Numbered from the stretch's first letter, positions 1 to 8,078 are shown. The stretch: 20,000 nucleotides of DNA from an uncultured virus (IMG/VR IMGVR_UViG_3300040801_004110) (IMGVR_UViG_3300040801_004110), one strand, 5' to 3'. Numbers and translations are program-made. Notes: generated from the letters alone by a model not told the origin.

Positions 1-117
1 TTTTTTAATATCATCAGGCATTGAGTTATATACCTCACTGACATCATTATGTGGATATCCTATAACAGAAGATATACATTTAGTGAAGCTTTTAAGTTCT
101 TCTTTATTTAGTTCCAT
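1..117 (-). CDS. Hypothetical protein, 5' part only (runs off the window); MELNKEELKSFTKCISSVIGYPHNDVSEVYNSMPDDIKK...
   Basis: Translated by hand: ATG at 117, 39 open codons to the window edge, A-rich leader after the stop of the upstream gene. Confidence 0.7.
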   Translation of the reverse strand, partial: MELNKEELKSFTKCISSVIGYPHNDVSEVYNSMPDDIKK

Positions 118-141
118 ATAGATTACTTGTTTTTTTTTGAT

Positions 142-705
142 TTAGTTTATTTTATAGTTTCTTTTGATAGTACCCTCGGGTATAAAAATAACAGTCCTGT
201 CATACTCAACTTCATTTTTCTTACTCTCTGGAATCCAGTTGTTATTTTCCACAATGCTATCTTCATATTTCTTGCCATAAACAACAACCTTGGGTGTGTC
301 TGAGTAGCTTAGTCTATGATCTTTTTCATCTGCTCTTAATTTTTCAAATACCATCTCACCATTATTTAATTTTTTATAAAAGGCGTAATATTTAGTCTCA
401 TTTATGTACCCACTTCCGACAAAGAAAACAGTGCTATATTTACCATTCATTTCATCACTAGTGTCTAGCCTAATAAGCTCATTTGATGATATTACAACTT
501 CTTTAGTTTTTCTAACATCTGAATTAACTATTAAAGATATCAGTCCAAAAAGTAATGTTGATATAATAAACCCTAAAAGTGGTGCGCCTACTACACATGT
601 AAAAATTCTAGTAAATAAAGAATCATTATCTCTATTATCAGTAAGTAAGAAGAAGAAAAAGAAAATAACAGTTATAATACTGAACATTATCCAAAAGTAA
701 TTCAT
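142..705 (-). CDS. Hypothetical membrane protein (two N-terminal TM helices plus a soluble domain)
   Basis: 187-aa ORF; hydrophobic segments at about aa 3-21 and 33-60; TATATTTG box at 732-739 upstream. Confidence 0.8.
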   Translation of the reverse strand: MNYFWIMFSIITVIFFFFFLLTDNRDNDSLFTRIFTCVVGAPLLGFIISTLLFGLISLIVNSDVRKTKEVVISSNELIRLDTSDEMNGKYSTVFFVGSGYINETKYYAFYKKLNNGEMVFEKLRADEKDHRLSYSDTPKVVVYGKKYEDSIVENNNWIPESKKNEVEYDRTVIFIPEGTIKRNYKIN

Positions 706-731
706 AATAATTATTTAAAAGTTTATATATG

Positions 732-739
732 CAAATATA
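732..739 (-). promoter_or_regulatory. Bacteroidota-type -7 promoter box TATATTTG
   Basis: CAAATATA on +, 26 nt upstream of the ATG at 705; matches the TAnnTTTG consensus. Confidence 0.65.
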
Positions 740-772
740 CATCATTATATCTAATAACAAACAAAATAAATA

Positions 773-806
773 TAAAAATCCACAAGAGAATAAACTTTTG
801 TGGATT
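773..806 (-). terminator. Probable intrinsic terminator
   Basis: Inverted repeat AATCCACAAGAG (777-788) / CTTTTGTGGATT (795-806) followed by a T-run on the minus strand, downstream of 838..1260. Confidence 0.6.
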
Positions 807-837
807 AGTATCTGTTTAGTTATTGTATGAGTATTAA

Positions 838-1260
838 TTACTCATCATTTTTAAGCATCTTAAGTGCGAAATCTTTAAAATAGCCACCACCTTGTGTACC
901 TAATTTGGAAACACCTAGATAATCTAAATAAGCTTCATCAAATGTTTTTGAAACCGTTAAACACCGAATCCATTTATTATCCTTTGTGTCCTTGTTATAT
1001 CTATAAATATATCTATAAGGATATTGTTTTGACCAGTCATTTTTAGGATCTTCCATCACAGTGTAAACAATCACATCCTCATTACTAAGAATGATTTCAT
1101 CTACCCTATCACTTGATACATCACTAACAAGGCTTCTAATGTCACTTGCTTTTTGTTCTGCCTCTCTATTTCTTTCTACAAAACCTTTGAAAATTTTCTT
1201 TTGTAGCTCTGAAAGAACAACAGTTGAATCAATTGCTTTATTAATAAGTTCGGTTTTCAT
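838..1260 (-). CDS. Hypothetical protein
   Basis: 140-aa ORF with an extended promoter repeat upstream and a hairpin downstream. Confidence 0.8.
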   Translation of the reverse strand: MKTELINKAIDSTVVLSELQKKIFKGFVERNREAEQKASDIRSLVSDVSSDRVDEIILSNEDVIVYTVMEDPKNDWSKQYPYRYIYRYNKDTKDNKWIRCLTVSKTFDEAYLDYLGVSKLGTQGGGYFKDFALKMLKNDE

Positions 1261-1284
1261 ATCTTTTAAGTTTTTAGTTCAGGA

Positions 1285-1322
1285 CAAATATAAGACAAAA
1301 AATTGAATTAAAATGTTAAAAT
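1285..1322 (-). promoter_or_regulatory. Extended promoter repeat copy 1: ATTTTAACATTTTAATT-N13-TATATTTG
   Basis: Same two boxes and same spacing at 5718-5755 and 6305-6342. Confidence 0.75.
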
Positions 1323-1516
1323 TACAAATATTCTAAAACTTCATCACAATACACACACATTTTAACTTCTGATATATTCCCTACTCTATAAGAATAGAGT
1401 CCACTTTTACTATCCTCGTGTTTGCAAACTTTCCTTAACTCTTTTATTTTTTCGGTTGACTTTTCAATATTTTGTTGGTGTTTAGATATTTGTTCTCTTA
1501 TTTCTTCTGGTTTCAT
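1322..1516 (-). CDS. Small coiled-coil protein with possible Zn-binding motifs (CxH...CxxC)
   Basis: 64 aa; N-terminal heptads, then CKH and CVYC. Confidence 0.7.
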   Translation of the reverse strand: MKPEEIREQISKHQQNIEKSTEKIKELRKVCKHEDSKSGLYSYRVGNISEVKMCVYCDEVLEYL

Positions 1517-1535
1517 GTATTTAATTATTATTTTA

Positions 1536-1754
1536 TTATTGATTTACTTTATAACTTTCGAATACTATACTAGCTATTAATATCCATAATGCGAATATAA
1601 CATAAGAGACAATTAAGAATATATTATCACCTAAATAATTTTGCTCAGAGTTGTGAATTAATACATATAGAGTGATGTATATGATTCCAATTACTGGTGG
1701 GATAAGAACTTTTCTTCTAAAACTAGTGCTTTTTGCTTTTTCTGATAATTTCAT
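1536..1754 (-). CDS. Small two-TM membrane protein
   Basis: 72 aa; two hydrophobic stretches; TATATTTG at 1768-1775 upstream. Confidence 0.7.
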   Translation of the reverse strand: MKLSEKAKSTSFRRKVLIPPVIGIIYITLYVLIHNSEQNYLGDNIFLIVSYVIFALWILIASIVFESYKVNQ

Positions 1755-1767
1755 AATTTTATTTTTA

Positions 1768-1813
1768 CAAATATAGTTAATATAATTTATATATGGTATT
1801 GTAGATAAGTTTA
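1768..1813 (-). promoter_or_regulatory. Tandem promoter boxes: TAAACTT-N14-ATATAA (1813-1787) and TATATTTG (1775-1768)
   Basis: Both motifs recur at other intergenic sites in this window. Confidence 0.55.
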
Positions 1814-1827
1814 ATTGTGTTTTATAA

Positions 1828-1837
1828 TTAATATATA
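1828..1837 (+). promoter_or_regulatory. TTAATATATA box (putative phage-specific or late promoter)
   Basis: 4 nt upstream of the ATG at 1842; the motif recurs at about 12 intergenic sites. Confidence 0.65.
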
Positions 1838-1841
1838 GTTT

Positions 1842-2009
1842 ATGGATAATATAAAAACCTTTAATAAATTTTTCGAGAATAACTTAGAAGATGATAGTAA
1901 AACTGGTAAAACGATAAAAACAACATCCCTTAAGCATTATAAAAAATTAAGAGATCAAGGAATCGATTGTGAATTGGTGACTAAATATGATATTAATTTA
2001 AAAGATTAA
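1842..2009 (+). CDS. Small protein (55 aa, MDNIKTFNKFFENNLEDD...) with the N-terminal tag; not in the ORF track
   Basis: Translated by hand from ATG 1842 to TAA 2009; preceded by TTAATATATA. Confidence 0.75.
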   Translation: MDNIKTFNKFFENNLEDDSKTGKTIKTTSLKHYKKLRDQGIDCELVTKYDINLKD

Positions 2010-2015
2010 TATATA
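2006..2015 (+). promoter_or_regulatory. TTAATATATA box overlapping the upstream stop codon
   Basis: 4 nt upstream of the ATG at 2020. Confidence 0.65.
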
Positions 2016-2019
2016 GAGT

Positions 2020-2169
2020 ATGAAACATTTAGAAACATTTAGTGTATTTGAGAAAAAGAAAAATGGGTGGAGCAATAAGTACAAAAGAAGTATTGACTGT
2101 AATAATCCAAAAGGCTTTTCACAGAAGCAATATTGTAAAAGAAAAAATAAAGAAAAATCAAGTAATTGA
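2020..2169 (+). CDS. Small basic protein (49 aa) with the N-terminal tag and a WSNKYKRSIDCNNPKGFSQKQYC module; not in the ORF track
   Basis: Translated by hand from ATG 2020 to TGA 2169; the module resembles one I recall from hypothetical proteins of large T4-like phages. Confidence 0.8.
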   Translation: MKHLETFSVFEKKKNGWSNKYKRSIDCNNPKGFSQKQYCKRKNKEKSSN

Positions 2170-2196
2170 TTATAAATAATAAAAAATAAAAAAACT

Positions 2197-2466
2197 ATGA
2201 AACATTTGCAAATATTTGAAAACTATAACGAAGAAAAACCACAGATGGCATCGATAAGAATTGAGGTTAAATTAGATGGTGAAGTAATTCCACATCAGAC
2301 AATAGATACTGTGTATAAAAAAGACAATAGTGATATACAAGGAATATGTGATTTCATTAAAACACTAGTTCCTGATGCTGATAGGATTCTTGTGACAAAA
2401 TCAGTATATAATGGTGTAAGTGGTACTTATATGGAAATGGATAGCTGTTCACATTTCGGCAAATAA
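2197..2466 (+). CDS. Hypothetical protein with the N-terminal tag (MKHLQIFENYNEE)
   Basis: 89-aa ORF with an A-rich leader. Confidence 0.8.
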   Translation: MKHLQIFENYNEEKPQMASIRIEVKLDGEVIPHQTIDTVYKKDNSDIQGICDFIKTLVPDADRILVTKSVYNGVSGTYMEMDSCSHFGK

Positions 2467-2468
2467 GG

Positions 2469-2810
2469 TCAAAATACACTTACCAAGATTATAAGTATAT
2501 TAACGTGTAGTATCTGATCAACTGCTGTCCAGTTTATCATTTCTCTTTCATTCCGACCACTGGGAAGTGCAAGGTCTATCAGAAAATGAGATATAAAATT
2601 AATAGTACATATACCCAGTATATTATAAGGATCATAATTAAAGTAAATGAGTACAAAAGCCATCAAAAAGCTAAAAGGCATTATATTAATAAGCATGTGT
2701 ATCATAAGGCTTTTTGTATTCTTTTTTTTGTCCTTAGCAATGTTCCTTGGTTGTAAGATCCAATCGAAAATAAAATGAAGTGTTATAAGAATTATATAAA
2801 GTGTCCACAT
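2469..2810 (-). CDS. DUF3307-like membrane protein
   Basis: Motifs LHFIFDWILQ, LMIH, HFLID and DQILH in hydrophobic helices. Confidence 0.8.
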   Translation of the reverse strand: MWTLYIILITLHFIFDWILQPRNIAKDKKKNTKSLMIHMLINIMPFSFLMAFVLIYFNYDPYNILGICTINFISHFLIDLALPSGRNEREMINWTAVDQILHVNILIILVSVF

Positions 2811-2825
2811 AGTATTACTATTTAA

Positions 2826-3065
2826 TTATTTGTTTAAAATCCATTCTTTGAATTCTCTAAAGTTTTTCTGAACCTGTTTATTATTGAAGTTGCTACTCAC
2901 TTGTTTTTTGTGTGGTATATTTTTTTCAATTAAAAACTCTTTTATTATTTTCCTTAAATTACTCATCTCTTTATTAGGGGGTCTATCTTTAATTAGATCG
3001 TGTCTATTAGATTGAACCCAAAGCCATATGCCATTGAAAGAAGATTCTTTACTTTTATAAGCCAT
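2826..3065 (-). CDS. Hypothetical basic protein
   Basis: 79-aa ORF in an operon-like run. Confidence 0.7.
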   Translation of the reverse strand: MAYKSKESSFNGIWLWVQSNRHDLIKDRPPNKEMSNLRKIIKEFLIEKNIPHKKQVSSNFNNKQVQKNFREFKEWILNK

Positions 3066-3066
3066 A

Positions 3067-3234
3067 TTAAACTGTTTCTAATTTATAAACTACATTTGTT
3101 TTTGAACACATCGCCATATCATCACCGATTCTGACATCATTATTAGGAAGAACTTTACCATTGTGTTTAGATTTTCTTATCTTATTGAATATTGACGATG
3201 AATCTGTACAGCTTAACTTTTTTCCTTTTCTCAT
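3067..3234 (-). CDS. Small hypothetical protein (55 aa, MRKGKKLSCTDSSSIFNKIRK...); not in the ORF track
   Basis: Translated by hand from ATG 3234 to TAA 3067; abuts the next start at 3065; TATATTTG box at 3263-3270. Confidence 0.7.
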   Translation of the reverse strand: MRKGKKLSCTDSSSIFNKIRKSKHNGKVLPNNDVRIGDDMAMCSKTNVVYKLETV

Positions 3235-3262
3235 ATTTGTTTATTTGTCTATTTATTTATTG

Positions 3263-3301
3263 CAAATATAGTAAATAATAATTATTTTTATACTATATTT
3301 G
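3263..3301. promoter_or_regulatory. Back-to-back TATATTTG boxes (minus 3263-3270, plus 3294-3301)
   Basis: Each box points toward the flanking divergent gene. Confidence 0.7.
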
Positions 3302-3318
3302 TACTAAACTAAAAAAAA

Positions 3319-4200
3319 ATGGAACAAATACTAGAAGACAATGATGCTTTAAACAAAATAGCAGACACTTTATCACAACACGGGATAAAAGATCATACAC
3401 ATAATTACAACTACCATTATGACAACCGAGGTGATGTTAGTATTGTTTTAAATATAAATTTCAAAACATATGATAGTGATAGAGTATTTAATGAATCCCT
3501 ATCTGATGGCTTGAAAAAAATAGAAAAAGAGAATACTGTAAATAAAATATCTGTGGTTTTTATGATGGGAAGCGAAAAAAATAAGGTAGATGATAAATTC
3601 GTAAACTCATATGAGCTACGTGTGGTTTTAAAAAATGTGCCAATAGATGATGAGATAAAACAAAAAGCAATCCAAGATTATGTTGACATGTGTGAACGGA
3701 GTCTTAATAATATGGGTGTTTTGGATTTTGTAAATAAATACGATATAAACACAGAGCGTGAGTTCATTGAGAAAATAGCCCTAGCTACCAATTATTTAAA
3801 TAAAAGTGTTAAGTTAGATAATGTGGATCACAAGATAAAGAAAAAGTATTATACTATAAAAGACTGGGTAATTAAGATATTAATAAAAAAAGATTATATA
3901 TCTGATGTATCTAAACATGTAATAAATGGAATGAATTATATTTTATTCACAACAACCATTAAAAACGAAACATCTTATGGGGGTTTTATATCATTTCATA
4001 TACCTGAGAGCAGGTGGCATAAGTTTGAGTCAATGTTAAAGTGTAATTTGTTAGATATGGGAACAATAGAAAATGAGTATAAATTAAGAGGTTGTGTTGA
4101 AAATAGAGAGCTTATGGAGGATTTTATTTCTGTGGTTAGATCTAATTTTGTTGGACAAAGTTTTTATGACTCACTGAATGTGTATTTAGAAAACAAATAA
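3319..4200 (+). CDS. Hypothetical protein
   Basis: 293-aa ORF; C-terminal 'ISFHIP' segment; no family recognised with confidence. Confidence 0.8.
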   Translation: MEQILEDNDALNKIADTLSQHGIKDHTHNYNYHYDNRGDVSIVLNINFKTYDSDRVFNESLSDGLKKIEKENTVNKISVVFMMGSEKNKVDDKFVNSYELRVVLKNVPIDDEIKQKAIQDYVDMCERSLNNMGVLDFVNKYDINTEREFIEKIALATNYLNKSVKLDNVDHKIKKKYYTIKDWVIKILIKKDYISDVSKHVINGMNYILFTTTIKNETSYGGFISFHIPESRWHKFESMLKCNLLDMGTIENEYKLRGCVENRELMEDFISVVRSNFVGQSFYDSLNVYLENK

Positions 4201-4218
4201 CGCTAAATGGTTATAAGC

Positions 4219-4249
4219 AAAAAAAAAGACTCTATTTAGAGTCTTTTTT
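4219..4249. terminator. Bidirectional intrinsic terminator
   Basis: A-run, GACTCT-attt-AGAGTC stem-loop, then T-run, between convergent genes. Confidence 0.8.
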
Positions 4250-4272
4250 ATTTGTGGTTGTTAAGCAAATAT

Positions 4273-4608
4273 CTAGTAGGTCTTTATGACCTTTAAGCAT
4301 CTTTCTGAATATCCACTATCTTTTTGCATCAAGTAGGCTATCCTAGGTATCAACTCTGAGGGCGTTTCTTTCCAGTCCCTATTAAATGATAAAGAATATA
4401 AAGGTGTACCATCACAATCTCTATCATGGCTAACTACGAAAAGTCTTAATCCACTAACTGGTTTATCGCAAAAACTATCATCAAAATCAACCTCTACAAG
4501 TGTGCCTAATGGGATATTATGCACTTTCTCATTGTTCTCTTCCCTGTATGATTTGCCAGTCTCGGGATTCTTTAGGTCAGCTACATTAACTAAATCTACT
4601 TTCTTCAT
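4273..4608 (-). CDS. Phage-type hypothetical protein (HNIPLGTLVEV...RDCDGTPLY)
   Basis: 111-aa ORF with ATGA overlap to the upstream gene. Confidence 0.8.
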   Translation of the reverse strand: MKKVDLVNVADLKNPETGKSYREENNEKVHNIPLGTLVEVDFDDSFCDKPVSGLRLFVVSHDRDCDGTPLYSLSFNRDWKETPSELIPRIAYLMQKDSGYSERCLKVIKTY

Positions 4609-4895
4609 GTTGTTTTATTATTTTCATTAACTTTATTATTGCTTTCTTTAGCCTTTACTGTTATCGTAAAGGTATCTGGATCGAAACCACCTTTTTCAAG
4701 GTAGTCTCTTAGTGACTCATATTCAGTAGGTTTCCCTTCCCAATTTTTAGATATGTCCTCATCGAACAACCTAATCATATTGAAAAGGGAATTACCAACT
4801 ATTCTAGCATTTCTATTTTCCCATTCTGGATACCGAGATATCCAGTCTTTTTCTCTTTTTGACCATTTTATAGTTACTTTTTCTTTTGATGCCAT
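4605..4895 (-). CDS. Hypothetical protein
   Basis: 96-aa ORF, translationally coupled to its neighbours. Confidence 0.8.
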   Translation of the reverse strand: MASKEKVTIKWSKREKDWISRYPEWENRNARIVGNSLFNMIRLFDEDISKNWEGKPTEYESLRDYLEKGGFDPDTFTITVKAKESNNKVNENNKTT

Positions 4896-4896
4896 A

Positions 4897-5694
4897 TTAA
4901 CTAAGTTCTTTTATTCTTAATAATTTTGTCTCTTTTATAACCTCTCCACCATTGTTACACCATTCATTGTGTTTTACAGTTGCTTTAACTTTGATGGTAT
5001 CACCTTTATCAAAATCAAAGCACTTACTCCCCATATATTTTAGAAAGTTTTTGTCACTGTCACAGAAGGTGTATATGTAACACGTTCCGTATGTTCCTTC
5101 AAAAGATCCCTTAGAAAGTACTTTAAGATTAAAGTCTAACCTTTTTTTATCTTCAAAATGGAATCCCTTATTTAAGGAGTTTAAGAAATCTTCTTCTTTT
5201 TTTCTATTAAGCAAATAGTCATACTTTTCACTACTCACAATATCATAGTGGTCATTTATCTTTTCAGCATAAGGGGACTTTTTATACCCATTGCTCAAAA
5301 GTTTTTTAATAATAACTTGACCACGATCAGAATGTACGCCTATTTCAGATTGTAAAGACCAGTGTAAGTATTCCATATCATCGATATCAGCAATAAGCTC
5401 ACCACTATATTTGCCAAAGTTCATTTCCTCATCTTTGTAAACATCATGTCTTTTCACAGAATCCCAACTACTGTTTCTTCCAAAAAGATCTGTGTCTGGC
5501 TCAGGTGCTTTCTTTCCAGTTAATTCAGTAAACCGTGCCATTGCTTTATCTTTATCAATTGATAGGTTCTGTAAATAACAATAATGTATAGTTGTGGACT
5601 GCAATTTGGAATGTCCATTTACTTGTATGTAGTTATCACTAGAGGAAACATCCCATAGTGTGTAATACTTATTAGAGAATCCGATACTTAGCAC
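4897..5694 (-). CDS. Multidomain protein: central FGKYxG (DUF3820/ExoX-C-like) module plus a probable C-terminal OB-fold
   Basis: MNFGKYSGELIADIDDMEYLHW; beta-rich C-terminus (GTYGTCYIYTF...KGDTIKVKATVKH...ETKL); GTG start. Confidence 0.6.
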   Translation of the reverse strand: MLSIGFSNKYYTLWDVSSSDNYIQVNGHSKLQSTTIHYCYLQNLSIDKDKAMARFTELTGKKAPEPDTDLFGRNSSWDSVKRHDVYKDEEMNFGKYSGELIADIDDMEYLHWSLQSEIGVHSDRGQVIIKKLLSNGYKKSPYAEKINDHYDIVSSEKYDYLLNRKKEEDFLNSLNKGFHFEDKKRLDFNLKVLSKGSFEGTYGTCYIYTFCDSDKNFLKYMGSKCFDFDKGDTIKVKATVKHNEWCNNGGEVIKETKLLRIKELS

Positions 5695-5717
5695 AATAAT
5701 AGTTTTTTAGTTCACTA

Positions 5718-5755
5718 CAAATATAAAATAAACAAATGAATTAAAATGTTAAAAT
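5718..5755 (-). promoter_or_regulatory. Extended promoter repeat copy 2
   Basis: CAAATATA at 5718-5725, N13, AATTAAAATGTTAAAAT at 5739-5755; also shares the leader sequence TTTTTAGTTCA with copy 1. Confidence 0.75.
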
Positions 5756-5777
5756 AAATATTATTTTATTATATTAT

Positions 5778-6287
5778 TTATATTTCTTTAATTGCCTCTT
5801 CTATACCTCTGTTTAAAACTTCTCTGTGGTCAAAACACGATAGCCTAGTTTCTACTGGTTTTATCTGCTTTATTATTGTTGATCCATCTTCTTCTTTGCC
5901 ACATTTTTTCTTTAGTATACACATGAATCCAATGCCGTCCCCCCAGAGTGTGACTTCGATAAAAATTCCCTTTTCGTCCCAAAAATAATTTACAATATCA
6001 TTTAATCTTATTGCAGAGAAATGTTTCGCATCATTATCTGATTTATCTACACCTTTTATATTATTAACCATATAACCATCATACAAATGTATGTCACCTT
6101 TGTTATATCTTAATTCTTCATCAAACTCATCAGTGTAACTGGATAACATTTCCATATAATAAAAATCACTTGGGATTTGGATATTTTTTTCTTTGATTAA
6201 TTTAGCTACCTCAAATGAAACTAATTTTTTATATGTTTCCTCACTCACAGTGCTAAACTTAATATCACTATATTTTGTTCTTACCAT
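5778..6287 (-). CDS. Phage-type hypothetical protein (VSFEVAKLIKEK...)
   Basis: 169-aa ORF preceded by the promoter repeat. Confidence 0.8.
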   Translation of the reverse strand: MVRTKYSDIKFSTVSEETYKKLVSFEVAKLIKEKNIQIPSDFYYMEMLSSYTDEFDEELRYNKGDIHLYDGYMVNNIKGVDKSDNDAKHFSAIRLNDIVNYFWDEKGIFIEVTLWGDGIGFMCILKKKCGKEEDGSTIIKQIKPVETRLSCFDHREVLNRGIEEAIKEI

Positions 6288-6304
6288 AATTAATTATTTT
6301 ATTG

Positions 6305-6342
6305 CAAATATAAGTCAAAGCAATTAATTAAAGTGTTAAAAT
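6305..6342 (-). promoter_or_regulatory. Extended promoter repeat copy 3
   Basis: CAAATATA at 6305-6312, N13, AATTAAAGTGTTAAAAT at 6326-6342. Confidence 0.75.
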
Positions 6343-6350
6343 AAAAAATT

Positions 6351-7058
6351 CTACTGTATATTCTTTATAGATTTAGTATAATAGTGTTCTTCCTTTTCTA
6401 TGCCTATATACTTCCTATTTAATTTTTTACAAACTAAACCAGTAGTCCCATACCCAAAGAAGCAATCTAAGACAACATCACTTACAGATGTAAATTTACT
6501 TATAAAATGTTCAGCAACTTCTTCTTTCATAACCGCTTTGTGATCTTTGGGCATCTTTGAATTGACAGAAGTGGTAATAATGTTTTTCGTATATGTTGTA
6601 TTTGATTTTAGACTACAATTACCTAATATTATAAAGTACTCTACTGCATTGGTGACACTCTTACCACTTGCTGGCATGGGATTAGACTTTTCCCATATAT
6701 GTATATCCACTATACTTTTATCAAACATACCAATAAGGTTATATACGTCTTTCCTATTATAATAATTAGCTTGGACGTTATAGAAAACATGCTTTTTAGA
6801 TATTCTTAATAGTTCATTTATAACATCCATATTAAGCTGTAGCCAATTCTCATTTATATCTTTAAACTGTTTATACTTATCATTTCGTTTACGATTATAT
6901 GGTGGGCTAGTAAAAGAATAATCTACACTATTAGTATCCATGAGAGGTAATATACTCATACAATCTCCATTAATAATACTTCCATTTACATCAGTGGAGT
7001 TAGTATTAGATTCTAATATGTCTTTGAAATTATTACTTTGTAGGCACATGCTATTCAT
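6351..7058 (-). CDS. Beta-class amino-DNA methyltransferase (N6_N4_Mtase; SPPY suggests m4C)
   Basis: Motif IV FTSPPY precedes motif I VLDCFFGYGTTG; RKYIGIE. The true start may be a few codons downstream. Confidence 0.9.
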   Translation of the reverse strand: MNSMCLQSNNFKDILESNTNSTDVNGSIINGDCMSILPLMDTNSVDYSFTSPPYNRKRNDKYKQFKDINENWLQLNMDVINELLRISKKHVFYNVQANYYNRKDVYNLIGMFDKSIVDIHIWEKSNPMPASGKSVTNAVEYFIILGNCSLKSNTTYTKNIITTSVNSKMPKDHKAVMKEEVAEHFISKFTSVSDVVLDCFFGYGTTGLVCKKLNRKYIGIEKEEHYYTKSIKNIQ

Positions 7059-7067
7059 TTATGACTT

Positions 7068-7094
7068 TTATATGTAAATATAAAATTAAGTTTA
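7068..7094 (-). promoter_or_regulatory. TAAACTT-N14-ATATAA bipartite motif
   Basis: AAGTTTA at 7088-7094 and TTATAT at 7068-7073 on +; recurs four times in intergenic DNA. Confidence 0.55.
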
Positions 7095-7109
7095 ATGAAC
7101 ACATGGGTT

Positions 7110-7787
7110 TTATTTCTTTATTTCTTCTGCAAGACAAACATCTCCATATTCATCAATTAGTTTTTGCATATCATCAAATGATATATAAGCGAATCCTTTA
7201 TTGCCCCAATTTCTACCCCAAGAATTTTTAATTCTGAACATTCTTTTTTCAGTGTTAACACCATTAACAACATAAGCATGACCTCCTAACCTACTTCCTC
7301 TTGGTTTTATAATTCCTTTATCATCTGGAAAAGACATTTCTGAATACCAAGTTGTCCCAACTAAGACAGGGGCGGTAGTTAGTATAGCTAGTGCCATTGT
7401 CTCTACATCCTTTGTCCAATTATATGCTCTAATATAACCCTCCTCTACTAAGACCTTAGCCCCTGATCTAACAGAAGTATCGTCATAATCAGAACCCCTC
7501 CACTTATCTACTTTCTTACACCTTTCATAAAATACAGTAGGATCGATAATGGGTGGGTCTATTTTGCTTTGTGTTATGCTCCCATCTTCTAGCCAGTGAA
7601 GCCAAGAATAAGATATGGACTCAGGTTTATCACCTTGGTCACCCCACCATCCATTAGACCAGTAATACTTGAAATGTCTATCAGTGCTTTTATCTTTAAG
7701 CAAATCTTTTATTGAGTGTTCCTTATCTTTTTCATCTGGTATATAAGTTCTACCTAGCCTTTTTTTAATAGCTGTCTTTTTGTCCAT
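7110..7787 (-). CDS. Papain-fold (C1) peptidase homologue with Ser at the catalytic Cys position
   Basis: DQGDKPES aligns with papain QGSCGSC; GGHAY (catalytic His); IKNSWGRNWGNKGFAYI (catalytic Asn). Confidence 0.85.
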   Translation of the reverse strand: MDKKTAIKKRLGRTYIPDEKDKEHSIKDLLKDKSTDRHFKYYWSNGWWGDQGDKPESISYSWLHWLEDGSITQSKIDPPIIDPTVFYERCKKVDKWRGSDYDDTSVRSGAKVLVEEGYIRAYNWTKDVETMALAILTTAPVLVGTTWYSEMSFPDDKGIIKPRGSRLGGHAYVVNGVNTEKRMFRIKNSWGRNWGNKGFAYISFDDMQKLIDEYGDVCLAEEIKK

Positions 7788-7807
7788 ATAACAATATTAA
7801 TTTTCTG

Positions 7808-7835
7808 TATATATTAAAAATAATTCATATATTTG
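7808..7835. promoter_or_regulatory. Divergent promoter cassette TATATATTAA-N10-TATATTTG
   Basis: The minus box faces the ATG at 7787; the plus box ends 4 nt before the ATG at 7840. Confidence 0.7.
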
Positions 7836-7839
7836 CAAA

Positions 7840-8019
7840 ATGGAAAAAGAAAAAATATATATATCGTATTTGATATCAAACATAGAAAAATTTGACACTA
7901 AACATCTTTTGATGTATTTGGATAGTGAAATATCTTTTTGTGAAATGACCGACCTTATAGATAAAAGCAATTCATATATCACCAGTTACGAGAAGTTCTT
8001 AAAAAAAGATATCTGCTAA
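7840..8019 (+). CDS. Small hypothetical protein (59 aa, MEKEKIYISYLISNIEKFD...); not in the ORF track
   Basis: Translated by hand from ATG 7840 to TAA 8019; promoter box directly upstream and hairpin at the 3' end. Confidence 0.7.
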   Translation: MEKEKIYISYLISNIEKFDTKHLLMYLDSEISFCEMTDLIDKSNSYITSYEKFLKKDIC

Positions 8020-8060
8020 TAATACGATAAATTAAATTATCATATTTTTAGCAGATATCT
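8007..8060. terminator. Long hairpin between convergent genes
   Basis: AGATATCTGCTAA (8007-8019) / TTAGCAGATATCT (8048-8060), extended by an inner AATAcGATAA / TTATCaTATT stem. Confidence 0.6.
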
Positions 8061-8078
8061 ATTTGTTTAAATATGTTA

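Noticed and set aside
1768..1795. Possible fifth cassette in reverse orientation (CAAATATA-N10-TTTATATATG)
   Set aside because: It has two mismatches to TTAATATATA, overlaps the ATATAA of another motif, and a perfect box at 1828-1837 already serves the plus-strand gene.
7797..7982. Track ORF of 61 aa on the minus strand
   Set aside because: It is antisense to the plus-strand ORF 7840..8019, which has a promoter box and typical composition, and it runs across the promoter cassette.
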